Shown one piece after another: positions 12,080 to 26,009 of a stretch of DNA of 64,000 nt. Position 1 is the first letter of the stretch. The number at the start of each line of letters is the position of its first letter. Source of the DNA: Octopus sinensis. Its lineage: Eukaryota. The notes under the pieces were generated by a model. It searched no databases. It was not told where the DNA came from and saw only the letters and a list, made by a program, of their open reading frames with translations. The stretch covers positions 46,314,001 through 46,378,000 of the forward strand of contig NC_043006.1 of NCBI RefSeq assembly GCF_006345805.1, written 5' to 3'. The position numbers and the translations under genes were made by a program.

Positions 12080-14149
12080 ATATATATTATTTTTGGCGAA
12101 TGGTAAATATTTTAATCATTTTTCGCCGATATTAATTATACAATTATCGTAATGAGTACAATGCTGATTATGATAATTCTAAGCATGTGAAGATGACAGC
12201 ATTAAGGAATATAATGAATAGTTAAGCCAGTGAATACTGCTTTTAATATTCCCGTGAAATAGCGTTTCATAAAAATATTGACAGAAATTGTAAAGAAATT
12301 TGCAGAACGCTTCCATCTTAAAGAAAGAATGCGTATTTTGTCGCAATTTCTTTAACTGAATTTCCATAGATTTGTGAAGCAGGTGTTTACAGCATTACAT
12401 TATTATCACTCATTAATGGTTAATTTGTCTGGAACGAACATTTCTTAATTATCTTCTCATTTAGCCTGCTAATTGAAGCAAGCAGTATGTCTGATACCTT
12501 GGTTTTGAATAATTAATTCACTACCACGCGAAATATAAAATATGAATATCGAACGAATTATTCTGGAGTTGTTAAGAAGTTTCTCTCCTCATTAACATTT
12601 TATTATGCAATTCGATTTTAGAATCTAATAACTTTAGATTCACTGCTAACTTCTAGAGAAGATGTGCGTTGATTAATGAAATCCGATATATTGCCTAAAC
12701 TTGCGCAAATAATTGGCCATTTTAACAGTGATATTGCCTTTGTTTCCTCATATTATATTAGAAACTATTAACGTATCATAAATTCACGTGAAATTAAAAT
12801 CTTTTGTTCTCAGATTGCTTGCAAATGTGTCTATATGCGTATAGCTATATCTCTATATATTGAGATCTACATACCTATGAAGATATGTATCAGTGTATGT
12901 ACGTGTAGGAATGCTGATGGTTGGCACATTTTAAGACCATTCAATTATATAATATGTCTGGTGGGCAACTGCTTTGTTATAAAATGCATTGATATTGCTG
13001 TGATATAGATCTATTTTCGGCCTCCGTCTTGTCTTTCCTCCTCATCTTGGACAATGTAAATCACTATCACTTTGTGCAAGCTATGCTCAAATTCGCTCGG
13101 TTATTGCAAACAGCTGAATTTCTTATGGTCAATGGCAATCATATTCGTTAGACGAGTGGGCATTCTTTATATATGTGTGTACGCATTGTGTGGACTCGTC
13201 CGTCACTTCGACGGACATTGGATCCAATATCATTCTATGCCTCGCTGAATGCAGAGTCGAAACTGAAGATTTCCAATTACACCCTTTAACAAAATCTGTT
13301 GTCTATCGGCTCATCGCTACTGCCCTTATAAAGAAAACGTTACAGTGTTGGTGCTGATGTCTTTGTCAACTGAACAAAGTGCACCATTAATACTATCATA
13401 GTGGGCATGGCTTGTGCAGAGCCTGTCTCATCTTCTCTTCTTCTACTGGCCTGTTAGAACAAGTGTCACGAGCTTAGTGATCATCGGGATACAGGATTTA
13501 TATAGGGTTACCTTCTCTTAGATTAGCAGCTGATCATCTGAAGGGCTTCAACTGCCTTGTGTACGCTGATGCGTGTGCGAATGGTTTCTTCTCGAAGCAA
13601 TTCCATGACATTAACCCACAGATGGGATTCTGACTACTCCAGTTTCAATGTAAACTTGGGCATAATAGTGGCTAAGAGGGTTCCGCACTGCTCAAAACCA
13701 AGGAACAACCATCGCTGGATGCAGTTTAAAGTCAGACCCAAGGTATATCTGTATATCTGTACGCATATATTTATGTATGTATACATATACATACTATTTG
13801 TTCGTATATCTATACGTATATTCATGCATTCATTACAATATAATTATTGAATGATTTATAGAAAATATAAGTACTTTTATTTGTAAATTATAAGTTATTT
13901 GCTTTTAATTAGCTGTGTCTATTCTAATTTTTCTTTTAAACTGAGCTTCACAAGGTATTGTCAATCCTAGAGAGCCAAAATTAAAGGCATAATCTGAAGT
14001 TAGACTTTAAGTAAATTATCTTTAGGTTCTTCATTATTTCGGCTAGATATTTTCGATTTTCCTTACACTCTGCATTTCCGCTATAAGGTGCATCGCTGCT
14101 TATATATGTCTGTTTTATTTTCTCTTTTAATTTAAAGTTAAATATGACC

Positions 14150-14570
14150 GGCATTCTACGAAGAAGCATGGTTGCGAAGAAAACGCATCATTTGATTCCA
14201 CACTCTTTAAATCTGAAGAATTTTTCAGATTGTCCTTGACATCGTAATCATTTGTAGTGCATGAATTCTCTTCTCAAGAATCTCAATTAAGCCATTCTTT
14301 GCTCTAGTCTGGTTGGCATGTACCTTGTTTCCCCAATGATAATAGGTATGAAACTGAAAGTGTATATTGAGGACCCCGATTTGCAAGCTCCGTATCAAAC
14401 GTTCATAGATACTTTCTTTCTTCCGTATGCTTATGACAAAATATCTAGAAGCCCGCTGACTTCTGCAACAAAGCGTATGTTATACTTCTGCTCCTACACA
14501 CCAATAAGTGGCTGGCTTATCTTTAACTTAGTGGCTATTTTCAGTTTCACAAATATTCTATTGACACAAA
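14150..14570 (-). pseudogene. decayed restriction-like endonuclease C-terminus of an R4/Dong-type LINE
   Basis: Minus-strand translation, with stops and shifts: KIATKLKISQPLIGV*EQK...VAEVSGLLDI and FSFIPIIIGETRYMP. Resembles the K.ATK.KHNKPD....EISCP.D and FIPIIIGALG motifs by recall. Confidence 0.5.
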
Positions 14571-15176
14571 GGTCACAATATAGTTAAATTTCTCGGTTGA
14601 TATGAGTTTATGTAAGTCTGTATGTCTATATAGACATACATATGCATATGCGGGTATATATGTGTGTATATAATTTTTCTATCCATGATTTCTCTTCTGT
14701 ATCGAAAATATAAATTAGATCATATTTTCACCGAGCATCTACTTGTTGGCAAGGTAACAAGCAAAATACATTTTTAAAAAGGTGTCCTAGTCTTCATTAA
14801 TTGTACAAGAATTCACTAATTATATATATATATTTACGTAGCTATTTCTGCATCCTCTCTACAATTGCATTGTTCACGACTGCGATGAGTTTTAACGTAT
14901 GAATTATGTCCTTGTTAAAATCGTTCTATATTACTCTTACGATGACAAGATTTTCATTTCGTCGTTGTCACGTTTTGTCATTTTGAATCACTTTTTCGGC
15001 TATTTAAAGAGAATACAAGATTTTCTCATAGCCACGGCTAAAACATTATCTTTTATTCTTTCGTATTTCATGTTTAGCTTTTGATTATGTTCTTCGTAAT
15101 TTGAATTTAACGTATGATAGCGTCTCATAAAGCGAGATTTCTATATATCTTAAATTTGCGAAAGAATTTGTTGTGT

Positions 15177-15256
15177 GGTCAGTTTAGCTTAATGGTTCAG
15201 AGCACCGCGACGCGTAATCACGGAGGTGTGAGTTCGAGTCTCATAGCCGGCCGCCA
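15177..15256 (+). tRNA. tRNA-like sequence (CGT anticodon, Thr-like), probably a pseudogene
   Basis: A box TAGCTTAATGG, T arm GTGAG-TTCGAGT-CTCAT, anticodon loop CGCGTAA, imperfect acceptor stem, genomic CCA at 15254-15256, T6 at 15261-15266. Confidence 0.65.
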
Positions 15257-15727
15257 ACACTTTTTTCTGCAATCACTTCTTTAACTTTCTAAAACATCTG
15301 AACGCTTCTAAAGCATATATATTAATATTTAGCAGAAGCAACAGCGTGACTCGAGATGGGAGTGTTTCGTGTGTTGGCTCTTATCAAACTGTTGTTTCTA
15401 CTAAATATTAATAAAAACATACATATACTCATATTTTGAGTTCTATCTTTCCTGTTTGCAACAGCATACCTACGTATATATATATATATATCCTATCAGG
15501 TAGAAAGATTCTACTTGTTACTATTATTATCTTATCCGCTTGTAATGTTTTGGATCTGACAAGCATAAATTAATGAATGTTTGCTTCTAATTAATTATTC
15601 AATTGACTGAGTAACATATTAAAAAGTTGTGTATGTTCTTGTAAACACATTTATTAAAATTTTCCTTGATTCTTGTTGTAAGTTAACATTTGAAATTTTC
15701 CGTCTGATTTCAGCACTATATTTATGA

Positions 15728-16931
15728 CTAGCAGTATAACCCGGCCTTGCCCGGGATTAAGTTACGATTATAAAGCTAATCAAGTTTTATTTCAAACCAA
15801 ACTAAGTAATATCGACGTCAGATTTGGGCGAAATTCGTTGAAATTGATTTATATATATTGCATATGGTTTTTGCACGCATACATGTTCATAAACAGAAAT
15901 GAATGGGAAAAATGTTGGTAAATTTGTAGATCAACACTCGCACGATTTTCATTAAGAAAAAAAATCTTTTTTTTTTTGCGTGGATTCAACTACTTTGTCT
16001 TCCTAATATGCTACAAAACCCTTTTTGTGGTCCGTAAAACGGTGTGGGGTGTGGTGGAAGCCTCGGAAATCGTACCCATTTATACCCTGTAATTCATTGA
16101 CAAACTGTTACATATCTCTTTCTTTTTTTGTTGTTAAATAAATGGATTCTCAAGAAAACACTTTTTTACTCGGCGTAAAATAAAAACAAAACTCTTTCGT
16201 ACCCAAAGTAATGTGTGTGAATAAGAGAGGGGGAGAAAGACGAACGATTTAAAATAAATAAATGATTTAAAATAAATATATTGTAATTGTTGTGTGAGAA
16301 AGTATATATAATCTGATTATAAAATATAGTGTCTTTCAAAAACATCCTAAATTTGAACACTCGTGTTTTAGAAAAAACAAAACATTTTACATTGTATTTT
16401 TATGAACGCTGTCAAACTCTCCCTCTCTTTCTCTCTCTCACCTTTTCTTTACCGTTTTTTTTGTTAGACATTGTCAATTACTCTACCTCTCTTCCACTTT
16501 TCTTTACCTTATTTTTTTTTTGTTAGACGCTGTCAAACTATCTCCCACTCTTCCTTACACATACTTTTTCTTTACTTTTTTTGTTAGACATTGTGAAACA
16601 CTCTCTCTCCCTCACACACACAAACACACATACATCAACACAAAACTTCTCTCTCTCCCTCATACACATTTGCTTGGCTATGGCTAGAAGGGACTTAACT
16701 CGTGTTAGCAACCTTCAAAATTGGTAAAAGCTATGGCTGAAAGTAGATATTTACCGCTATCCGCGGGTGCCTCGGGAAAAAAATAAGTTGACAAAATCCT
16801 GGTAGCGTGTTGACGAATGTCCCCCTACAATTGGAGCGACATGCGTGCTAATTTGTGGACGTGCATAAATTACAATCACGTACACACACACCACACACAC
16901 ACACACACATCATGCCTTTTATAGACACAGA
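15728..16931 (-). mobile_element. non-autonomous Helitron (~1.2 kb)
   Basis: CTAG plus hairpin CCCGGCCTTGCCCGGG at the left end. Probable TC start at 16930-16931 (GCCTTTTATAGACACAGA|T). The right boundary is less certain. Confidence 0.55.
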
Positions 16932-17798
16932 TACGTCCACATACTCTGTCCCATAGATCTTTGTAATTTCTATCGCCTTTGGAAGTGATACAGTTTTGTT
17001 GACAGAAAAGAAATAGAAGCAATTATCTATAATCCATTCTTCATTTTTACCTTTAACGTCGGAGTAGGTCTATTTTTCAGTTGCAATGAAAGAAATATAA
17101 AAAATTTTCTACAATTTGTTCTTGCCTCTTCATATTTTTCACTCTCCTTCAATTTTCTATAAATTGTAAAATCTCCAAAGCCTAAAATTTCTATTGCTAA
17201 ATATTTTGAAAAAAACGGACACCTTTCCTGATTATATATGATTTTATAATTAAGCAACCATTTATCATACTAAACAGCACATGTTCATATATTTTTTCAT
17301 GAGCAGATGCACGCTGTTATCGAACTCCTTGACAGACTCCTACATCATTATACAATTTTTAAATTGTTCTTTCTACGAATTTTCATGCTGTTTTACTCGT
17401 TACAGGTACCACTATGACATTACTATAGAATTTTCATGTTGTCAGTGGTTATCTTAAATCGGTTTCCGTTTTGCCTGAGAACACAAATTAATAGTTTTTC
17501 TCAGTTTGAAGCCGATTTTTTTACATCTGTTACCGATCTGTTTGATTCAAAATTAACAGATCCAACTACGAAGTAACAAACATAATTCCCGTGGAACATT
17601 CAGTAATCAAATGGCGAAACTGTCGTACAACTATCACTAATGACTCGTGAAGACAATACACAAGTATTGAATTGTCATTCCTCTAAAGAACTAGAGATAG
17701 ATATAAAGAATCAAAACGAAATACTACAAATCAGTAGAATTACAGCTACTGTAAAATTACGATCAGTAGAATTAAATTCAAGGTTTATAATGAGGGAA

Positions 17799-17940
17799 TA
17801 CAGTAAACCCTCACCATATTACGGTTACATATTACTCTGTACATGATGGTTCACCAATCGCGTACTCAGTACATGGCGGACTTTTCTGGTTAATACATGT
17901 AAATTTACATCGCGGACTTCAGTATATCGCGGGTTTCTGC
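17799..17940 (+). mobile_element. pogo/Tigger-like terminal fragment
   Basis: TACAGTAAACCCTCACCATATTACGGTT end and internal ATCGCGG repeats similar to the 3087 MITE. No partner TIR found. Confidence 0.5.
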
Positions 17941-18524
17941 GGCAGATAAATAGTTATATTTTATTAGATTTTAATTAATTATTTCTGTACAGCTATTTAT
18001 GTTTCTTTTAAATTGTAATTAATCATTTTATCTGTTTAACCGCTTTGAACAATTTATTTTAAAAGCATTCAATCAGCAACGTATATACGGTTTATGCTCT
18101 TTTTTTCAGGTAGGTTTCATCATGCATTCAGGTTTGATATGTTATATTTTACACATACACACCTAGAAATTGCTATAATTTCTAGTACATAACACACGAC
18201 AGTTTAGATATGAGGGGAGCAACATCTAGAAATTTGGGACCTGCCGATTTCGCCTACACCAGCCGACTCCGCATCACTTGAGAGCACATGGCGTCACAAA
18301 AGTAAAACTATATATTCATTTTTTAAAATTTACCGTCCTGTAAATTTCTCTAAGAAAATACCAATCGATATTTTATGTTGTATAGCTATACTTCAAACGA
18401 AGTATATCGTATTGACTCACTTGCATTTCGCACATGCATGAAAGCAGACACAGATCTAATTTGCAGCTGGTGCTCTAAAGCGGAAACCCAATAACATTTT
18501 AAGTGCGTAATGCAGAACAATTTA

Positions 18525-18695
18525 GGCGCAGGAGTGGCTGTGTGGTAAGTAGTTTGCTTACCAACCACATGGTTCTGGGTTCAGTCCCACTGTGTGACAC
18601 CTTGGACAAGTGTCTTCTACTATAGCCTCGGGCCGACCAAAGCCTTGTGAGTGGATTTGGTAGACGGAAACTGAAAGAAGCCTGTCATGTATATG

Positions 18696-18726
<31 letters not shown>

Positions 18727-18928
18727 TTGGGTGTCTGTGTTTGTCCCCCTAACATCGCTTGACAGCCGATGCTGGTGTGTTTACGTCCCCGTAACTTAGC
18801 GGTTCAGCAAAAGAGACCGATAGAATAAGTACTAGGCTTACAAAGAATAAGTCCTGGTGTCGATTAGCTCGACTAAAGGCGGTATTCCAGCATGGTCACA
18901 GCAAATGACTTAAACAAGTAAAAGAGTA
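18525..18928 (+). mobile_element. SINE family A
   Basis: Full match to 873-1361. Confidence 0.9.
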
Positions 18929-19114
18929 ACACCTCTGCTTGAAAGTTGTGCAATGAATATGCGGTATTTTTACCGTACAGATCTTGACTGACTCATCATC
19001 AGAATTTTTGATTTTGCGTTACCTGATTTGTAATGATATTAATCGAATGCTATTGTTTTCAAAAGTCTAGCAGGGTGCTTATATAGCTAATGTCAACGAC
19101 ATTATATTTCACCC

Positions 19115-19340
19115 ATGTCAGACAGCGAGCTAGCAGAACCGTTAGCACGCCAGTCAAAATACTTAGCGCCGTTTCTCCCGCCTTCATGTTCTGAGTTCGC
19201 ATTCCGCAGGGGTCGGCTCTCCTTTTGATCCTCTCAGGGTCGATAAAATAAACAACTAGTTGGAAACTAGAGGCAATTTAAAGAACTTGGCCCCTCCCAT
19301 TAAAACCTCTGACTTTGAGCCAAAATTTAAAACCAATATA
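19115..19340 (+). mobile_element. old SINE family C copy
   Basis: GCGAGCTAGCAGAACCGTTAGCACGCC head and degenerate core, tail TTTGAGCCAAAATTTAAAACCAATA. Confidence 0.7.
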
Positions 19341-19811
19341 TTTCACCCATGTAACGTTTTTTGTTTCTTTTTTGTCAAATAGAAACCTTAACTCGCAAGA
19401 CAGGGATAGTCAACGAGCCCCTTGTTGCTATTGTGGGTGAACACATGAATTCTGTTTCTAAAAGCCATAATTAAACTGCCGGCTCGACAAAATAATGTAA
19501 TCTATGTTAAAACAATCCTATTATTTCTATTTGTTACTGTCTGTTATCTGTTTGTTGACAATTTGGATTTACAAATACAATTATATTTATAAGCATTTTT
19601 ATAGCACATTCTAAATTAATTCACACTTGTAAAAACAGGGAGAATATTTGTGTACGTTCTAACAAGCACTTTTATGCAAGATCATCTCAAATGATATCAT
19701 AAATTAAGGCTGTCCAGTTTCCAAAGTGTACTCACGAACTAAGTGATGTTCAATTATCATAACAAACCGGATGGGAAGATGTCTATTTTCCTGCAGGAAA
19801 TAAAACCCTCC

Positions 19812-19852
<41 letters not shown>

Positions 19853-19865
19853 ACACACACACACA

Positions 19866-19897
<32 letters not shown>

Positions 19898-21180
19898 ATC
19901 AGTTTTGGAGCATTACATTTAATTCCCTATAAATGCTTTTAATTTAAAATTGTATTAAAGAAGAATAAATTTCTGTTAGCGTGCACAATGTAAAAGGGTG
20001 CAGAAGTGTTTATCTCATAACGTATGTATTTATATATTTGTTTGCATGTCTTGTCAAATTCGATGCTACTGTTAACAACTGATGCAGTACATTGTGGACA
20101 GCGGAGGTTCGCAAGCGATTAAATCCACACCCTGACCGTGCATATCTTGTAAGGTGTATTTCTACAATCTTGGCAGAAAAATAATCTGAATTTACTCAAA
20201 GGACGGACGAGGGCAACAGCTATACAGAAATTGTGGACAAGGATACAGAAAAGCTGTAAATGGTAAGCAAGCTCGACTACTTATGGGATGATAAAATGCT
20301 AATTATGGTCAGGATATTTCTCTGAAAATGAAAAACTGGAAATTTAAACTTTGTTATACTGTAGCAGCACTTGAACGGAACGCAATGGAATGTTCCGATA
20401 TAATATCTGTTCGTGTTTATTGTCCGATCGCCTGATATGTTTGTGCTATAAGAAATTCTTTCCCTAATGCAAAAATGTGTATTGCTGACGGTACAAGCTC
20501 AATTAACTTTCAGCGAAAGTACGCACTGTTATATTTGCCAATGTGACACTTGCATGCAATTTACTCGTACAGAAATATAAAACGGACTGACAAAGTTCGG
20601 TGAACGGACACACTCGACATCGAATGGACAGCTATGATGAAATATGTATGAGCGAATGCATGTATGTGTGTGTTTCACAATGTGATTATGTAAACTTAAA
20701 AGCGTTTCGGATCTTAATTTTCAGGCGATGCATATCTCTCTTTCCGTTGTTTTACAATTCGTCTTTTATTCTTCATCTCCTTCTCTATATCTCGCTATAC
20801 ATACATAAATACATACACACATGCATACATACATACTGACAGACACACACACATACATAAATACATACATAAACACATGCATATTGATATACATACATAT
20901 ATGTACACAGACGTATATTGATATACATACATATATGTATAAACATATATATATATGTACCTACTTATGTTTGTATGCGAACAAATTTTGTATATTGTAT
21001 ATATACACGCATATATACAGAAAGGCATACCTACACACATATACATATATTTATAAAATATGCATAAATATATGGATGCAAATATAATATATTATGCTTC
21101 TACATAGAATTGTTAATACGGACACAGTTTGTCTACATATACATACAACTCGAGAAACAGACAGGCATACACGTATACGC

Positions 21181-21241
<61 letters not shown>

Positions 21242-21249
21242 ATATAAAT

Positions 21250-21281
<32 letters not shown>

Positions 21282-22247
21282 GTGTGTGTATTTAAGTTTA
21301 TATATACATGTATGCATATATACATATATGCATATGTATGTATTTATATATATATATATATAAATACATACATATATACATTGCCGTGTATAAAAATTTA
21401 TGTATGTGTGTGTATGTGTGAGTACACACATCCATATGCGTACAGACGGAGCCATTCCTTTTCCCTAACACACATCGATTCAGCATCAAAATATTTTTGT
21501 ATCTGGTGTGGGCGCCTAATTTAATTGCATTCTGCAGTTAAAATATTAGATCATTGATTTAAACGATGAAATTCGACGGATTTTTAAATATATAGATCAA
21601 TAAATAATTAATTAAGTCTCGATTTAATTTTGTCATATTTCTTTACATTTCCACCCCCCAAGGAATGGGAATGCTGAAACTAATTGGTTCTGAACGCTAG
21701 CAAGAATACAATTAAATCAGCGTGCTGACTGAATTAAACGTCCGCTAACTTGCTTTCACTTTATTAACTATGTTTCATAGTCACTACTCTTGCAGTATTA
21801 GTAACTATTTGTATTTTTTATCGCAACTAAATAATTATATTTCCATAAAATCTAATGTTACACATTAAGCTAGCTTGCACAAATATGAATAGAGAGATAC
21901 AGGTGGTGGAAAGAAATCATTAGATATGTTTTATATTACGGATTAGCTTCAGGATATAAGAAGTTCGTCTTTCGATGGTGTCTTAAAGCATCACTATGTT
22001 AGAAACTCTTCTGCATCTTCAACAAGTACCTACAAGTCACATGCAGGTCTCTGCGGAGCCTGTAATCCGCGCCATAGCGGGATTGTGCAGAATGAACTAG
22101 CCTTCGCCAACAGAAGGATTCTGTGTGCGGCCTTATGTCAGTGACAGCGTCTTTGAAATGCCTTTAGTTGTGATGTCTGTATAATATCAGGAAAATATCC
22201 ATAAAAGCTAAACTGAGAACATAATGAAAATAAAGAAAATAATAATA

Positions 22248-22418
22248 GACGCAGGAGTGGCTGTGTGATAAGTAGCTTGCTTACCAACCACATGGTTCTG
22301 GATTCAGTCCCACTGCGTGACACCTTGGGCAAGTGTCTTCTACTAAAGCCTCGGGTTGACCAAAGCCTTGTGAGTGGAATTGGTAGACAGAAACTGAAAG
22401 AAGCCTGTCGTATATATG

Positions 22419-22464
<46 letters not shown>

Positions 22465-22714
22465 GTGTGGTGTGTGTGTGTGTGTTGTGTGTGTGTGTGT
22501 GTGTATGTTTGTGTGTATGTGTTTGTCTCCCCAACATCGCTTGACAATCGATTCTGGTGTGTTTACGTCCCCGTAACTTAGCAGTTCGGCAAAAGAGAGA
22601 CCAATAGACTAAGTACTAGGCTTACAATGAATAAGTCCGGGGATCGATTTTCTCGACTAAAGGCGGTGCTCCAGTATGGCTGCAGTCAAATGACTGAAAC
22701 AAGTAAAAGAGTAA
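22248..22714 (+). mobile_element. SINE family A
   Basis: Full match to 873-1361. Confidence 0.9.
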
Positions 22715-23647
22715 CAGAGAGAGTAATATCATTTCAATAAAAAACTGTTGATACATAACACACAGCTTCCACAATTTTGTTTATAACTCTACCTTAGTTG
22801 ATGGATTAAAAGTATAGAAAAAGTCCAGCTGTAATAGTAACTACATCTAGAAGTACAATATTACTTCTTTTTCGTGAAGTAGGACGTGATTTAATGAAAT
22901 TTGATTAATATTTCTAACAGTTCAACCACTATAATTGATGTTCCATTGTTTCTGCAGACCTCAGTATTGATTAAAGGTACCTATGTTCAAAGGTATCTCA
23001 TTCGACAAGACCATATCAATCAATCAGGCATTACATTATCCATTGTGTCATAATTATTCAAGAGTCAATGTAGGATTTAAGGATTCAGGCGAGATTTGTT
23101 TGCTATCGCTTTCAAATGCAGCGACTGCACGCATAACGGCTATGATATGAGTGGACAGACAGCAGATGTACGATGTAACCAATGTATTCATGTGCTGCAG
23201 ATAAGAATAAATATATCGGATGTATGCGTAGCAAGAGATGCGAAGATGTTATATTCACATTTGATTTTGTGAACTTTTGTCATAGATATTGAGACAAAGA
23301 ACGTAAAAGGACAGTGTTTTGCTGGATTGTGTGTGTGTGTGTGTATTTGTGTGATTATGTTTCTGAAAGAGAGAAAAAGTGAGATGGAGAATGTGTAATT
23401 AAAATTGAAAATCACTAAGGCAAACAGAACAGAGTACAAAGCAATATAGAAAAGCGAATATTGAAAGAAATCTGATTATTTCAAATTAATTTTTGATCGA
23501 AGACTAATAAACACACGAGAAAATCGCTCAAACTATCGGTAATAAAACAAATGAATTTATTGTTCGGTTTAACCGCAGGTCAATCCTTTATGATTTATGA
23601 TAAATTAAGTTTCCACTGTCCCGTCTTTATCTCCAGGCATATGTATG

Positions 23648-23816
<169 letters not shown>

Positions 23817-24679
23817 CAATTATGTATGTATGAATATACACATTAGTGCCTCAGTTTCATTCTGAATTTTGTTTCTGAGGTGGTTGTTAATTTCAAGAGC
23901 TTGGGGTATGTGATAAAAGATAGCCAGTGACTATAATTGAATGATAGGATTATATTCTAAAAACGTATGAAAATATAAAAAATGTATTATTAAAAGCGAT
24001 TCCTTTTGTCCTGGGTAACGCGGCTGTACATAAATGCAAACTTTGGATTCATTTAAAATGCATGCTGAACAACTTTTGTGAAACAATACCTATAAGATGC
24101 GTATACGTATAAATGTGTATATGTATATATAGAAGTGATTTTGGAGGTATGTATTATCTGGGCAGCTACGGTATTAGCTCTCAGTTAAGTTCCAGTTAAC
24201 AGCTAACCATAATGATGAGTGTCTAACGTCTGTGACTACATCTGCGAATTTTCCGATTGGTTATGCTGTGTATTCTTTGCTGGAGGGTAAAAACTGTCTG
24301 CAGTATATACTAATATTAATGATAGCAAAAGAGTATCGAGACTTGTACATCCACAAAATTAATTTTATAGTTATATAAGTATAAAATAATTTTTGTGGAT
24401 GCACAGGTCTCCATACTGTTTATTATTATCAATATTAATACACACACACGCACACATATAATAAAAGTTTGACTCAACTTCACATGATATAAACTTTCGT
24501 GGGCGCATATAAATTTCCCACCTACCATTCAATTAGCAAAAATACGCAGAAATTTATGGATTCACTGAGTGAAACCCTATCTTTCCAGATATCACAAAGA
24601 CTAGTGCGACGCGCAAAAGATTACTGCAACTAAAATATCGCTTCATTTGAAAATATACTTCTTCTTACTTAATTTAGAC

Positions 24680-25170
24680 ATCCATTTTAGCAGAGGGGGG
24701 CGAAGTTGATTACATTGACTCTAGTACTTAAGTAATAAGATGAAGGGCAAGATTGACCTCGGTGGCACTTGTACGTCGAGGCGGCGAGCTGGCAGACGCG
24801 TTAGCGCGCCGGGCGGAATGCTTAGCGGTATTTCGTCTGTCGTTACGTTCTGAGTTCAAATTCTGCCGAGGTCGATTTGCCTTTCATCCTTTCGGGGTCT
24901 ATAAATAAAAGTACCAGTTTCGCACTGGGGTCGATTTAATCGACTTTATCCCTTTGTCTGTCCTTGTTTGTCCTCTCTATGTTTAGCCCCTTGTGGGCAA
25001 TAAAGAAATATATATCGACTCAAGTGTGCAAGTGGCACTTATTTTATCGATCTCGAAATGATGAAAGGTAAAGTCGACTTCGGCGAAATTTGAACTCAGA
25101 ACGTACAATCGGACGAAATGCCGCTAGACGTTTTGCCCTGCATCCTAAAGATCCTGCCATCTCGCTGCCT
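24680..25170. mobile_element. SINE family C cluster (intact + copy at 24780-25010 between older - copies)
   Basis: GGCGGCGAGCTGGCAGACGCGTTAGC...GAGTTCAAATTCTGCC...GCCCCTTGTGGGCAATAAAGAAATA. Confidence 0.85.
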
Positions 25171-25426
25171 TATTCGGAAATGTAATTTGAGAACGGAAAA
25201 CAGAAGCATGTGATATGTTCGTCGTTTACTATAAAAGATATTCAGTTTTTACGACCGCTTTTGCCGGGAAAAATTTAAAAAGAAATCTATATTTCGAATT
25301 TTAATTTTTACGCTCAACCTTGTGTTACTATTACAAGCATTCTGTAGAATCGCTTAAGAACAACTTGATGAGACTAGCATATTAATTAACAAAATGTCTG
25401 CCTAAGCCTTCCTAGTTGATTGCAAG

Positions 25427-25743
25427 GTGAAGGCGCGTAACCTAGTGTGTAGGGTATTCGGTTCAAGATCTTAAGGTCATGAGTTCAATTCCCGGCGTTG
25501 TGTCCTTGAGCAAGACACTTTATTTCACATTGCTCCAGTTAAAAAAACTGGCAAAAATGAGTTGTACCTGTATTTCAAAGGGCCTGCTTCTGTCACGCTG
25601 TGTCACGCTGAACCTTCCTGAGAACTACGTTAAAGGTATACGTGTCTATAGAGTGCTAGCCACTTGCACGTTAATCTCACAAGCAGGTTGTTCCGTTGAT
25701 CGGATCAACTGGAACTCTCATCGACGTAACCGACGAAGTGCCA
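25427..25743 (+). mobile_element. tRNA-derived SINE, family D
   Basis: Matches the reverse complement of 46391-46709. GAGTTCAATTCCC B box, GTGTCCTTGAGCAAGACACTT body. Confidence 0.85.
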
Positions 25744-26009
25744 GTTCATTACAATACCTTGTGAAAGGTAGGAGAGTCCAGTTTGCTGGACACTGTTGTA
25801 GAGCTGAAAAAGAAGTAATTTCTACTCTTCTCCTCTGGAAGCCATCTACTCGCAATACCAGAGGGCGCACACTCTCCTGCCCTAATGTAATCTCCAGGGA
25901 TACAGGCATCCAGCAACAGGACCTCCGTAATGCCATGATGGACCGTGAAGTCTGGCGTAACATAGTAAATTCCATTGTCTCGACCACGGTCGAACAATGA
26001 TGATGATGA
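25744..26009 (+). mobile_element. 5'-truncated RTE-clade LINE 3' end
   Basis: LVKGRRVQFAGHCCRAEKEVISTLLLWKP...GRTL...DTG...DLRNAMMDREVWRNIV* followed by a (TGA)4 tail, typical of the RTE ORF C-terminus. Confidence 0.85.

Noticed and set aside
25479-26000. 173-aa ORF as a gene
   Set aside because: The N-terminal half is SINE sequence and the C-terminal half is an RTE fragment.
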